Shown here piece after piece: positions 37,520 to 49,719 of a DNA stretch of 64,000 nt. This DNA comes from Mobula birostris (taxonomy: Eukaryota). Each line of letters opens with the position of its first letter. Within the stretch, counting starts at the first letter, position 1. Below the pieces are notes generated by a model, which was not told the DNA's origin, did not search any database, and was given only the letters and a program-made list of their open reading frames with translations. A program made the position numbers and the translations under genes. The stretch is from the NCBI RefSeq assembly GCF_030028105.1, contig NC_092380.1, positions 12,675,123 to 12,739,122 of the forward strand, written 5' to 3'.

Positions 37520-38893
37520 CCCGGTCCAAATCTTCCGGAGGACTTTCTCAAATCGGTATTTATCACCTTACCAAAAAAGCCAAGGACCATAAAATGTAAC
37601 GAACACAGGACGATAAGCATAATGTCTCACTGCGTCAAGTTACTGTTGAAAATAGTGTTCGGCAGAATGAAAGGTACAATCAGTGATGAAATTGGAGAAA
37701 GACAGTTTGGTTTTTGTAAAGCCTCAGGAACAAGGGAAGGAATATTTGCATTGAGAAACATCATGGAGAGATGCATTGAGGCACAAAAGACCATCTACTT
37801 ACGCTTTATTGACTATGAAAAGGCTTTTGATAAAGTAAGACACGAGAAAGTAATAGAAGTGCTGAACAGGTACGATCTGGGATGGGAGAATGTGCAAATA
37901 ATAAGGAACTTGTATTGGAAACACAAAGCGGCAGTCAGGGTAGAAAATGAGCTATCACCATGGGCACGTATTAAACGAGGCGTAAGGCAAGGCTGTGTTG
38001 GCTCGCTGGATTTGTTCAACCTCTATGGAGAACGGATTTTTGGGAATGCGACCATCAGGAGACAGGTATTCCAATCGGAGGCCGGAAGGTGGATAACATC
38101 AGGTATGCGGACGACACCGCGTTGTTAGCTGACAGTGAGTGCGAACTGCAAATTATGCCGAATAAAGTGAATGAGAAAAGCCTTGAATACGGACTAAAAA
38201 TCAACCCTAAGAAAACAAAATTGATGGTGATAAGCAAAACAAACACTAAAGACTCATTCATGATGGTATCATTACAAGTGAATGGACAAGACATTGAACA
38301 GGTGTGAAAGTTTGAATATCTTGGCAGTTGTCTGACAGGTGATGGGAGATGTGAAGTTGAGATCAGAAGGAGAATAGGTATGGCTAAGACCCAGTTCATG
38401 AAGCTAAAAGATCTACTATGCAATCAGAAGGTAGACACTCAAAGTAGAATCTGCTTCCTCGAGTGTTAGGTCAGTGCTGAGGTATGGATCAGAAACATGG
38501 ACCCTGAAGAAGGATGACATGAAACAAATTAATGGTTTTGAAATGTGGTGCTATCGACGAATGTTGAAGATCAGCTGGGTCGAGAAAGTTTCAAATGAGA
38601 GGGCTTTGTCCGAAGTTGATAGACCACGGATACTGCTGGAGGAGATCATGAAGTTAAAAGTTGCTTATTGTGGACATGTTACGCAGAGAAATAACATCTT
38701 GTCGAACTTGCTATATGGAAAGGTGGAGGGAAAGAAAGGAAGGGGAAGGCAAAGAACAATGTGGCTGGATAACATCAAGGATTGGACCAAGCTGAACAAG
38801 ACTAGGGATGTTGTGGACAAGTGTCGGGACAGGGCAACATGGAGGGAAATCGTCTGCCAACTGGAAATTCCAGATGCAACCTAACGACGACGA
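37520..38893 (+). mobile_element. RTE-clade LINE, 5'-truncated RT
   Basis: QFGF..GTREGIFALR.IMER..FIDYEKAFDKV, GVRQGC, IRYADDT, YGSETWTL..FEMWCYRRMLKISW, GRGRQRTMWLDNIKDW; (ACG)n tail. Confidence 0.88.
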
Positions 38894-39009
38894 ACCTGAT
38901 GTTACGAGACTTCAGGCTTCTTTACCTCTTGGGGGAATAGGACTGCTCACAGAGGCTCAATGAGTTGAAATGGCCTAGTCATAAGGAAATACGAAAATAA
39001 ATGGCTTAC

Positions 39010-40480
39010 CTTGGAAATTTTGCTGAGTCAGTAAATACAGGCTCATCACATGAACTGATTTGGAATCTTATAAAGGATCCATTGGTGAGTGGCAGTAATG
39101 GAAGGTTGTTGAGGGAACTATATTGCTCATCACTTAAAATGTACTCTAGAAGCAGTAATTTTTGTTCATATGGCAAAGTATACAAATCACAATGTTGAAG
39201 AATGTTTCGTAAGTATGCTGGAGTGATAATATTTAAGGCACTTTGATTTTCTAATGCAAATTCTAAGGCCTTAAATACATGAACTGGGACTCTAACCAAC
39301 GGTTGAGCCTCTTTTATCAAAACATTCTCAATTGCCTTCTTCATATCAGGCCGATCACAGCAATGCAAAAAGATGGCTTTGCCAGCAGTTATCCAGTTAT
39401 CTTCACAGGCAGCCAAGCACAGAGTATTAAGTTTCATCAAATGTTTAGTGATTTCTTTAGCTATGTTAACCCAACGGTCTTTATGATTCATTTTCTCGAG
39501 GTCTGGCCAGATATGATACACCGAAAAAGGTTTTAGCACTGAGGCTTTAGCCAGAGTAATAGCATCCAGGATCAGTTGGCAGTATGCATAAGGAAGGATC
39601 TTTTCTATCAGTAGCTCATTCCACTGGGCAGCTTCATCATATTTTTGGTCCGATTCAATCCACTTGATATGTCTCCGGTTATCTGAAAGTCCAAAGAAGG
39701 CATTTACATGGACTGGCAATCCTGTCCTGTTGGCCTCATTATTTGGAAGTGGCAGAAAAAAACTAAGACGGCCTTCAAAGTCTGTTTCTGCGCTAGTTTC
39801 TGAAGATTCTACTTTATTCAATGGAAAAGCCAATCCAACACATGGTGTATAACTCAGCCTCTCAGCCAGATCATCTAATTTACCCCATTCACCTGCAATG
39901 CCTATGCAGTTTGTTATTAACCAGTGATTATGATGTTTTTCGTTGACAAAGTATTGAGAAATAGCTCTGATACAGGTAGAAGTTTTAACCTTGCAGAACA
40001 GTTCTTGATTTTGAACATTGAGATTCCAGTTAAAACTGGGGAAGTGTTCAGGTTGCAAAGTTGCTATTTTTGAAAGGACCTTCACATTTCCATTGGTGTC
40101 AATATGCTTAATTGACACGGATGCAATATTTCTTAGAAATAAGAGATTCATATCTTCATCTGCTCTAAAGGAATCAAAAAGATCAAAGATTTTATCTCTA
40201 TCATACGAGCTAGCTAATATCTCTGAAGGTTCAGTTCTCAAAGGAAACCTAAACAATGTTCCTTTGAAATAATTCTCTTTCAATGCATTACTCCATGTTG
40301 TTGTTCCAGTCACTTCCATGGCGCATTTGAATGGTCTGAACTGATCCCTTGAGTGTTCAAGAACATTCCTGTCTTCTCTATCATCAAGAGTCCATATATA
40401 TCCAGCTTCCTGTTCACCAAACAGCTTTTGCTGAGGGTCGAATATACCAATATACTTCCCACTGAATATGCTTGGTACAT
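39010..40480 (-). CDS. Sacsin-like coding exon 5 (1471 nt; SRR1 sr1-sr2)
   Basis: tttttacag|AT GTA CCA (DVPSIFSGKYIGIFDP), GTLFRFPLRT, FFLPLP..TGLPVHVNAFF; donor CCAAG|gtaagc. Confidence 0.93.
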
Positions 40481-40829
40481 CTGTAAAAATGACACATAAG
40501 TATTTTAAGAGATGATAATGCTTCTTGTATAAACTCAGTTGTCAATTTAACTTTTAATTCCTGAAAATAAACAACACACAAATGATAGATTCAATTAAAA
40601 TTACTAACTACCTTGAACATGCCAGATGAATATTGAAACAAGTAGCAAAGTTGTTTGGCTCTTCAACAAATATAAATATAATTTTCATGATGTTGTACTC
40701 AAATGTATTATTTAGATAATACATTCAAATAGTGAAATAGTTACCTTTTTATAAAGAACATATACTAAATGGAACTTAGCTGGTTATATCACAACTTTAT
40801 ACTATCTGTTATAACTCAAAATCTTTCAC

Positions 40830-40976
40830 CTGTGATATGATAAATAGTATTGAATCCCAGTCCAAATTGGCCGACTTTGCTGGGATCATTACGTTTATTA
40901 CTGATTCCTGTAGTTTGAATGCTATTCCAATCTTCTTCTGAAAACACTGAATCATTGTATACTATGAGAGCCGGAC
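40830..40976 (-). CDS. Sacsin-like coding exon 4 (147 nt; GPALIVYND..VGQFGLGFNTIYHIT)
   Basis: ccattag|GT..ACAG|gtgaaa; contains the GHKL G-box motif; phases 1/1 fit both neighbours. Confidence 0.93.
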
Positions 40977-41909
40977 CTAATGGAGGAAACACACACATAA
41001 AAAAGGCAACTACAACATTAGCTTATGCAGATGTTTTGGAAAAGTAATCAACATACTCATTAGGGATGCTTTGTGGTTTAATCATACCATTGATCTGGAG
41101 CCTGAATTAAAGATTCAGGCACGAGTTCAAGTTCCATCACAGGAATTACAGAATTTAAATGGGTAATTAAATAATATGGAATTAGCTGGCCTCTAACATT
41201 GACCATGAAATTAAGATTTAACTAGAAAAATAATCCCCCTGACTCACTAATACCCTTCAGGAAAGGAAATCTGCTGCCATATAAGGATCGAGCGGAACTG
41301 CATGACTCCATGCCCTCACTGCAATGGCTAACTCTTAGATGAAATAGCTAAGAACTCCATTTATCTATCTAACTGCAAAAATAAAATGAGAGAACTTCCC
41401 AAGAATTGATCCAGATATCAAATGCATTAACTACACCACACCTAGCTCAATAAATTCTTCCTTTCAGGCATCCAATAACAGGCAAAAATCTACGAGCTTC
41501 AAAAAATAGAAATCTGAAATAAGAACAGAACACACTGAAGTATTCATTAAACCTCATTAACCTGTGTTCTGAAGGACATCTACAACATATTTCCAGGTAG
41601 ACATAGCCTTGACTATTAGAGAACTTCCCTTTGTCATAACCATCCATACTGGATTTTCTCTGCAATCCGAACCTAACTTGTGTTCTCTCATTGACTTGAA
41701 CCATTGACTGGTTCTCTTTGCATATTTTCTGTCTTTAGTACCCAAGGACTGGTAAGTTAAATAGAGTATTGACCCGCATACCAGCCAAGCAAAAATCTGA
41801 GATTCATAGTCACAAAACATACCTAGCAGCCAATAGTTCAGACAATGTCCCTATACACATCTTGTCCCATAGCCAAGGCATTCCCAAAGGTGGTGGATAA
41901 TGGAATACA

Positions 41910-43056
41910 CACATAAAAGTTGCTGGTGAATGCAGCAGGCCAGGTTGTATCTCCAGGAAGAGGTACAGTCGACATTTCGGGCCAAGACCCTTCGTCAGGA
42001 CTAACTGAAGGAAGAGCTAGTAAGAGATTTGAAAGTGGGAGGGGGAAGGGGAGATCCAAAATGATAGGAGAAGACAGGAGGGGGAGGGATGGAGCCAAGA
42101 GCTGGACAGGTGATTGGCAAAAGGGATATGAGAAGATCATGGGACAGGAGGCCTAGAGAGAAAGAAAAGGGGAAGGGGTAAGTCTAGAGGATGGGCAAAG
42201 AGTATAGTGAGAGGGACAGAGGGAGAAAAAGGCGAGAAAAAGAATGTGTGTATATAAATAAATAAATAATGGATGGGGTATGAGGGGGAGGTGGGCATTA
42301 GTGGAAGTTTGAGAAGTCAATGTTCATGCCATCAGATTGGAGGCTACCCAGACGGAATATAAGGTGTTGTTCCTCCAACCTGAGTGTGGCTTCATCTTGA
42401 CAGTAGAGGAGGCCGTGGATAGACATATCAGAATGGGAATGGGACATGGAATTAAAATGTGTGGCCACGGGGAGATCCTGCTTTCTCTGGCGGACAGAGC
42501 GTAGGTGTTCAGCGAAACGGTCTCCCAGTCTGCGTCGGGTCTCGCCAATATACAGAAGGCCGCATTGGGAGCACCGGACGTAGTATATCACCTAGCCGAC
42601 TGACAGGTGAAGTGTCGCCTCACCTGGAAGGACTGTCTGGGGCCCTGAATGGCAGTGAGGGAGGAAGTGTAAGGGCATATGTAGCACTTGTTCCACTTAC
42701 AAGGATAAGTGCCAGGAGGGAGATCAGTGGGGAGGGATGGGTGGGACGAATGGACAAGGGAGTCGCGTAGGGAGCGATCCCTGTGGAAAGTGGGGGGGGG
42801 GGTGGAGGGAAAGATGTGCGTAGTGGTGGGATCCTGTTGGAGGTGGCAGAAGTTACGAAGAATTATATGTTGGACCTGGAGGCTGGTGGGGTGGTAGGTG
42901 AGGACAAGGGGAACCCTATTCCTAGTGTGGTGGCACATCTTTGACGAAGGGTCTCGGCATGAAACGTCGACTAGAGATGCTGCCTGGCCTGCTGCGTTCA
43001 CCAGCAACTTTTGTGTTGCTTGAAATTCCAGCATCTGCAGATTTCCTCCTGTTTGC
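41910..43056 (-). mobile_element. Penelope-like element (GIY-YIG endonuclease remnant, partial inverted terminal repeat)
   Basis: IYYVRCSQCGLLYIGETRRRLGDRFAEH..VATHFN..EEQHLIFRLGSL; RVPLVLTYHP; perfect 15-bp TSD ggataatggaataca (41895-41909 and 43057-43071). Confidence 0.9.
41967..42002 (-). ncRNA. Minimal hammerhead ribozyme motif (variant)
   Basis: AGTC CTGACGA AGGGTCTTGGCCC GAAATGTC GACT. A broken plus-strand copy lies at 42941-42972. Confidence 0.6.
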
Positions 43057-43689
43057 GGATAATGGAATACAGTCATTATGGAGTCAACATCTTTCATTTG
43101 AGAATACATGAATCCTCAGGGCATCAGGCAATGACTGACATGAAAACACACTGCTAATTACCATCCTGCTGTAGTTAATGAAATAGTAGTCCTCACTATT
43201 GAACACTATATGGAAGAAACTCCAAGAGAAACAAAGGAACTGAACGTAAGCTACTTCAACATCCTTCAATGTGAGAAGCTCGTTCCTCACATCATTCATC
43301 AAGTCTCCCAAGGCTAGAAGAATGCAGCTATCAGATTAGGCTTATGACAGGAATGGGAATCAATACTGTACAAGGAAAAAAACCTTTCAAGACAGAGCAG
43401 TTGTCTAATTGGCAACCATTTCACAACGATTTAATTCTTCCAGTATTCATGTTTTGTGAAAGTAGCATGCACCATTTACAAAAAGATAACTCAACAAAGT
43501 GTATTTGCAACCATCTCCCAAACTTTTAACTTCAGAAGGACAATGGCAGCAGGTACATGGGGACCACCTGTAACCTGAGAAAATTGGACATCTTTCACAG
43601 AATTCCTTGACCAACTTATCAATACCTACCAGAACCTGATCATTATGATTAATTTGTCCAACTAATCTGGAAAGTAGCACAGCAGAACA

Positions 43690-45807
43690 TACCTAGAGGC
43701 TGCAGAACCAAATATATTCAGGGATTGACTAGTGATATCAAGCAAAGTTATGGTGAGTGTGTCAACTTATACAACCAAGACCAGTTTGGTCAAGACACAA
43801 TTGAAATGGGAGAGTCAGTTCTGTCCCTACTGAGCCAAGAGAGACAACAGCGTTGGCAGGACCTGATAGAAAACACAGACATGACCAAGAACAGTAAGAA
43901 GGCATGGGCAACTGTTCAGAAACTCAAGACAATAGACCACCACAGAGAACTGCTGCCGTAACACCCAATCAGGTTGCCCACCAACTGATACTAAATGGTC
44001 GACCAAATAACAAGGAATGGAGGCAAAAGAAAAAGCAACATCAGGAGATGGAGTCAGAATAACAACTTCCCACCTCTCACCCTGGAAGAGTTAAAGGATG
44101 AATTATCACAGCTAAAATCCAACAAAGCTGCTGGCATTGATGGGATTCTTATTGAACTCTTTAAACATCTTGGACCTAAAGCTTCTGTCCCTTTTTAACT
44201 GTTGCCTAAGATCATTAAGGATACCTAAAAAGTGGAGAAGAGCCAAAGTTGTTGCTCTCCTAAAACCCAATAAAGACCCCAACATTCCTAAAAACTACAG
44301 ACCGATTTCCTTGCTCTGCACCCTCTATAAACTCTACAAAAGACTCATACTGAAAAGAATATCCCCCTTAGTCGAAGATCTAACACCAGACCAAGCCGGG
44401 TTCAGGCCAGGCCGCTCTTGCTGCGGTCAAGTTCTGAACTTAACCTAGTATACTGAGGATGGCTTTGAAATGCGACAAATTACAGGGGCAGCATTTGTTG
44501 ATTTAACAGCAGCATACAACACTGTGAATCACAGAGACCTTCTACTGAAATTATCCAAAATGTTAAGGAACGAAACCACAGTCAAAGTAATAAGAAGCCT
44601 CCTAGAAAATCGTAGATTTTATGTAGAAATTAATGGAATTAAGAGTAGGTGGCATCCACAAAAGAACAGACTACCACAGGGATCAGTCCTGGCACCTCTA
44701 CTACAAACGTTTTGTATCTAATATCTACACAAGTGACCAACCAACCTTTCCTAACACACGCAGGTTTATCTATGCAGACGACCTATGCATAGCAACACAA
44801 GCTAACTCCTTCCAAGAAGTTGAAGTACGACTTACAGCGGTGCTCGAGGCAATAAAACAGTATTATGAAAAATGGTCTCTGAACCCAAATCCATCAAACA
44901 CTCAAGTGTGTGCATTCTACTTGAGGAATTGAGAAGCAGCTCAGAAACTCAAGATTTTCTGGTGTGGGAAGAAGCTCGAACACCATCCGACTCTAATTTA
45001 CCTAGGCGTGACACTGGATAGGACGCTCTCATTTGCCACCCACATCCAAAAACTCTAAGGGAAAGTTGGCTCTCGCAATTCTCTCTTAAAAAAATTAGCA
45101 GGCACGAAATGGGGAGCTGATGCTCACACACTTCGATCAACTGCCCTAGCACTCTGCTATGCACCTGCAGAATACTGTGCACCTGTGTGGGGCAGATCAG
45201 CCCATGCGAAGAAAATAGACCCGTTGCTTAACGAAGCCTGCTGAATAATCACGGGCACACTGCGCCCCACACCCACTAACATCATTTACAGACTTGCAGG
45301 CATTGCTCCCCCAGAGATCCGAAGACACACTACAACAAAAATTGAAAAAGGTACACAGAACTCGGATCCACGGCACCCACTACATCATCATGTGCCAGTT
45401 TCCAACTGCCTAAAATCGAGGAAAAACTTTGCTACAGTAGAGGAACTACCACACGGAACATCCCCCCAAATATACAGGATTGACATCTGGCAACCAACAG
45501 AAGCCAGAACCCCACTAAACAATACAGTGCAAGACCCCACAGAAATGTTACCAGACAGGGCACTGCTTGACAGACGGAAGTGGTGCACTCTCAACAGAGC
45601 GAGAGTGGGAGTTTGTAGGATGGGAGACAATATGGTGAAGTGGTGTTTAAAGACCAGCGAATCCTGTGAATGTGACAAAACGGTGCAGAACATTGAACAT
45701 GCTCTGCACAATAGCCCACTCTCACCTGATTTAGCTGATACTGACCTGCTCAACATCAACCAAACAACACTAGAGTGGCTGGCTGTCTGGTGTGAAAAGC
45801 TATGATG
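43690..45807 (+). mobile_element. Vingi/Ingi-like LINE, 5'-truncated, disrupted RT
   Basis: IPRGCRT.YI.G, KPNKDP..PKNYRPISLL, QAGFRPGRSCCGQVLNLT, FVDLTAAY.TVNHR, FIYADDL, WGADAHTLRSTALALCY..AEYCAPVW; (TGA)n tail; acctagagg/acctatagg at the ends. The LINE call is firm; the clade call is from memory. Confidence 0.75.
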
Positions 45808-46625
45808 ACCTATAGGTTTCCTGCTGTCTCTGACAATTCTGATTTAGATATGTTCTTTCTCTGTCCCACCTTGCAGCAATAGTCCAGGAAGACACTGCTC
45901 TATTCTCAAGGGCAATAACAGATATTAACAGGTATCCAGGCCAGTATCACTCAACAGAATAAAAATTTAATCTTTTCTCAAAGAACCAGTCATCTAAATT
46001 TTCTTCCATGATACGCATTAGCATTTGATACGTATTTGGTGTCAAAATAAACTGTCATGTTTTTTATACCCTCTTACAATGTAGAAGACCATTCAGCCCA
46101 CTGAATTTTTTTCAGCTAGTTCAACAAATCAGAAATGTCTCCGGTGCTATTAATAGCCCTATTTTATTCTTACATCTGTTGGCAGATGCTTATTTTCGTA
46201 TTGCTGTGAGAGTAATATGACACCAATAAGTAACGGGATTGTGTGGAATATAGGCATTTTGCATCCAGTTAGATACAAGGAGATTCCAGCATAGAAAATA
46301 AGAGTAAGTGATGTGAAATTTCATAAGAATTCCAAACTGTTAGGTTGTCTTCTTACTAAGAAAGCAATAGGAAAGTGACTGAAAAACTGAGTCTATTAAA
46401 CCAAGGAAAAATATTTCAGAACCAAGAGAAAATGTGCATAGGATGGACTAGAAATCTACCAAAATTAACTTGCTACTCAACATATTGGGCATCGGTGGGC
46501 TGGATTGTACCTTTTAAACATTATTTGGTTTGAAACATAATCAGTTATTTTGAGAAAATCAAAATCAAAATCTGCTTTAGAATATTTCTCATTCTTCAGT
46601 AGTTTAACCTCTCAAATTCACGTAC

Positions 46626-46737
46626 CTTGAAACTTTTTAAGATCCTTCATAAACAAAGATGTTGACCCATAAGTTCTTTCGTCAAATATAAACACCACCT
46701 CATTTGCTTCAGCATCATCTGCATTTTGAAGCAATTC
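46626..46737 (-). CDS. Sacsin-like coding exon 3 (112 nt; ELLQNADDAEANEVVFIFDER..FQ)
   Basis: ttgtttctaag|GAA..CAAG|gtacgt; contains the GHKL N-box motif ELxQNAxDA. Confidence 0.92.
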
Positions 46738-46849
46738 CTTAGAAACAAGGAGAGCAAAATCAAGTGTATGGATAAGCAATCCCTTCCCTTCAGTTCTCCA
46801 GTTAATTGTCTCCAAACAATTTATGATGTTCAATGACAATGAGAAGTAG

Positions 46850-49165
46850 ACAAGAGAGCTTTGATCAGCAGCCAGTCAGACATCGGATCCACTGCCTGAG
46901 TAGAAAAAATGGCCAACCTGGACATCAGTCCACTGCCCGAGTAGAAAAAGGGAGCAGCGGGTTGCGGCAGCATATTACAGCTTTGTCCAGTGTTCAATCT
47001 AGACATCGGAAGTTTGAGGGGAGGGGATTTCACTCAGGTCCACTGCCTAAGAAGAAAAAGGGAGCAGAGGGTCATGGCAGCATAATAGAGCTTTGACCAG
47101 TGACCAATCTGGACATCATAAATTTGAGAGTAGGGAATTTCACTGGAGTCCCATATGCGGGTAGAAAAAAAGGGAGCAACAGGTTGCAGTCCCTGACGAC
47201 TACAACTGCGAGAAGTAGATCCAGCTTCAGCTTCTAACAATCTGCATTAAGGAGTTGGACCTGGAACTGGATGAACACTGGATCATTCGGGAGGCTGAAG
47301 ATAGGACATATAAGGGGTTAAGGAGCCAGTGCAGAGTACTCGTGTGGCCATCCCCCACAACAGGTATGTCACTTTGGATACTGTTGGGGCAGGTTGACCT
47401 ACAGAGAAAAGTCACAGTGGTCAGGTCTCTGGCACTGAGCCTGGCTCCATGACTCAGAAAGGAAGGGGGAGAAGCATGCTGTAGTGATAGGAGATTTGTT
47501 AGTTAGGGGAGCGGACAGGTGGTTCTGTGGGTGAGAACAAGATTCCCGGATGGTATGTTGCCTCCTGGGTGCCATGCCGGGACATCCCTAGAGTGAGCCC
47601 TCAGTACTTTAAGTGGAAAAGTGAACAACCAGAGGTCGTGGTCCATGTAAATACCAATGACATGGGCAGGATAAGTGACGAGGTTCTGCATAGGGATTTC
47701 AGGGAGTTGGGTGCTAAGTTAAAAGGCAGGACCTCCAGGGTTGTGATCCAGGATCACTCACCATCCCACATGCTAGTGAGGCTAGAACTAGGAAGATTAT
47801 ACGGTTTAATACGTGGCTAAGGAGTTAGGAGGGAGGGCATAAAATTTTTGGATCATTGGGCTTTCTTCCAGGGAAGGTAGGACATGTACTGAAGGGACAG
47901 TTTGCACCTGAGCTGAAGGGGGACTAATATCCTAGCAGGAAGGCTTCACGGTGGGTTTCAAACTAGAGTTGCAGGGGGATGAGAACCAGAGTGTCAGAGT
48001 GTGAAGGGGTTATAGAGGCATACGTTGGTAAGACCTCAGACAAAGTCAAGAATTAAAAGGTTGAGCATGGTACAATTAGTGTCCTGTACTGCATATATTT
48101 CAATGCAAGAAGTATCATAGGAAAGACAGATGAACTCAGGGCATGGACAACACCTGGAATTATGATGTTGTAGCCATTACTGAGACTTGGTTGCAGGAGG
48201 GGCAGGACTAGCAGCCCAATATTCCAGGGTTCCATTTTTTAGATGTGACAGAGCAGGAGGGATTAAAGGAGGAGGGGTGGCATTACTAGTCAAAGAAAAT
48301 GTCACGGCAGTGCTCTGTCAGAACCGACTAGTGAACTCAACTACTGAGGCACTATGGGTGGAACTGAGAAATAAGAAAGGTATGACTATGTTAATGGGGC
48401 TATATTACAGACCACCCAACAATCCCAGAGATTTAGAGGAACAAATTTGTTAAGAGATCGCAGGCTGGTGCAAGAAACATAAGGTTGTTATATTGACTGG
48501 GAATCCCATACTGTAAAAGGACTAGATGGGATAGAGTCTGTCAAATGTGTTCAGGAAGGTTTCCTTCATCAGTACATAGAAGTCCCAATGAGAGAGCATG
48601 TGCTACTGGATCTGCTATTAGGGAATGAGACAGGGCAGGTGACAGAAGTTTGTGTAGGGGAACACTTTGCATCCAGTCACCACAATGACATTATTTTCAA
48701 AGTAAATATGCAAAATGATACGTCTGGTCTGCAGGTTGAGATTGTAAATATTAGAAAGGCCAATTTTGATCGTATCAGAAATGATCTGGCAATGTGCATT
48801 GGGACAGGCTGTTTTCTGTACTTGGAAGGTGGGAGGCCTTCAAAAGTGAAATTTTGAGAGAACAAAGCTTATACGTGCTTGTCAGAGTAAAAGGTGAAGG
48901 TAACAAGTGTAGGGAACCTTGGTTTTGAAGAGAATTGAGGCCCTGGTTAAGAGAAAAAAGGAGGTACATAGCAGGTATAGGCAAGTAGAAACAAATGAGG
49001 TGTTCACGGAGTACAAGAAATGCAAGAGAACATTTAAGAAAGAAATCAGGAGGGCTAAAAGAAGGCATGAAATTGCTCTAGCAAACAAGGTGAAGGAGGA
49101 TCCTAAGGGATTCTACAGGTATGTTAAAAGCAAAAGCTTTGTTAGGGACAAAACTGGTCCTCAAA
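46850..49165 (+). mobile_element. CR1 5' portion: repeated 5'UTR units, ORF1 (SGNH esterase-like) and APE endonuclease, 3'-truncated
   Basis: QPEVVVHVNTNDMGR (ORF1), RCDR.GG..GGGVALLVKE..EALWVELRNKKG..LMGLYYRPP, LDLLLGNE.GQV, KVKEDPKGFYRYVKSK. Confidence 0.82.
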
Positions 49166-49178
49166 ATTGAGTATTTAC

Positions 49179-49266
49179 CTTGAGAATCTGGCCTCCATCG
49201 GGGTATCGACGTAGTATCTCTTTCAGATAATCAATAAATTGTGGAGCAGTTGCACCAAATTTCTTC
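49179..49266 (-). CDS. Sacsin-like coding exon 2 (88 nt; [29 protein letters not shown])
   Basis: aatatag|G..CTCAAG|gtaaat; matches the start of sacsin SRR1 (FGQ..ILRRYPEGGQILK). Not in the ORF track. Confidence 0.92.
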
Positions 49267-49719
49267 CTATATTAATAATAAAAGTTCATCTATGGCTTGA
49301 GTATTAATTCCAAATGACCGTTGTATTATGGCTTTTTTCTATAACTGCTGTATCCAATTATTTTATTTCACCTTACAGGCTGCTCAGTATAAAAAAATGC
49401 ACACTTGACTTTAGCACTTGTGTGTTGGGCTCTGCCAACACTCAGGATAAATGTGTTCATGAAACCTCTTTGTTAGTGGTCTGCCACTTTCAGAATTGGA
49501 TGTAGCAAGCTTACAGAGCTTTATTTGTTGTGATTATAAAATACTGCCTTTGCTTTTTAGAATACATGTAGTCCTGCTTTATAATTTTAGCAGCATCTCA
49601 TTTTTAGATGCATCACCTGCAGCTTCAAGCATGCTCCTTTACATTCAAATTGAACCAGAACTGGTTTAATGGAAATGGTGATGGAGATAGTGTGCCACAA
49701 AGCTTTATAATAACTTTAA

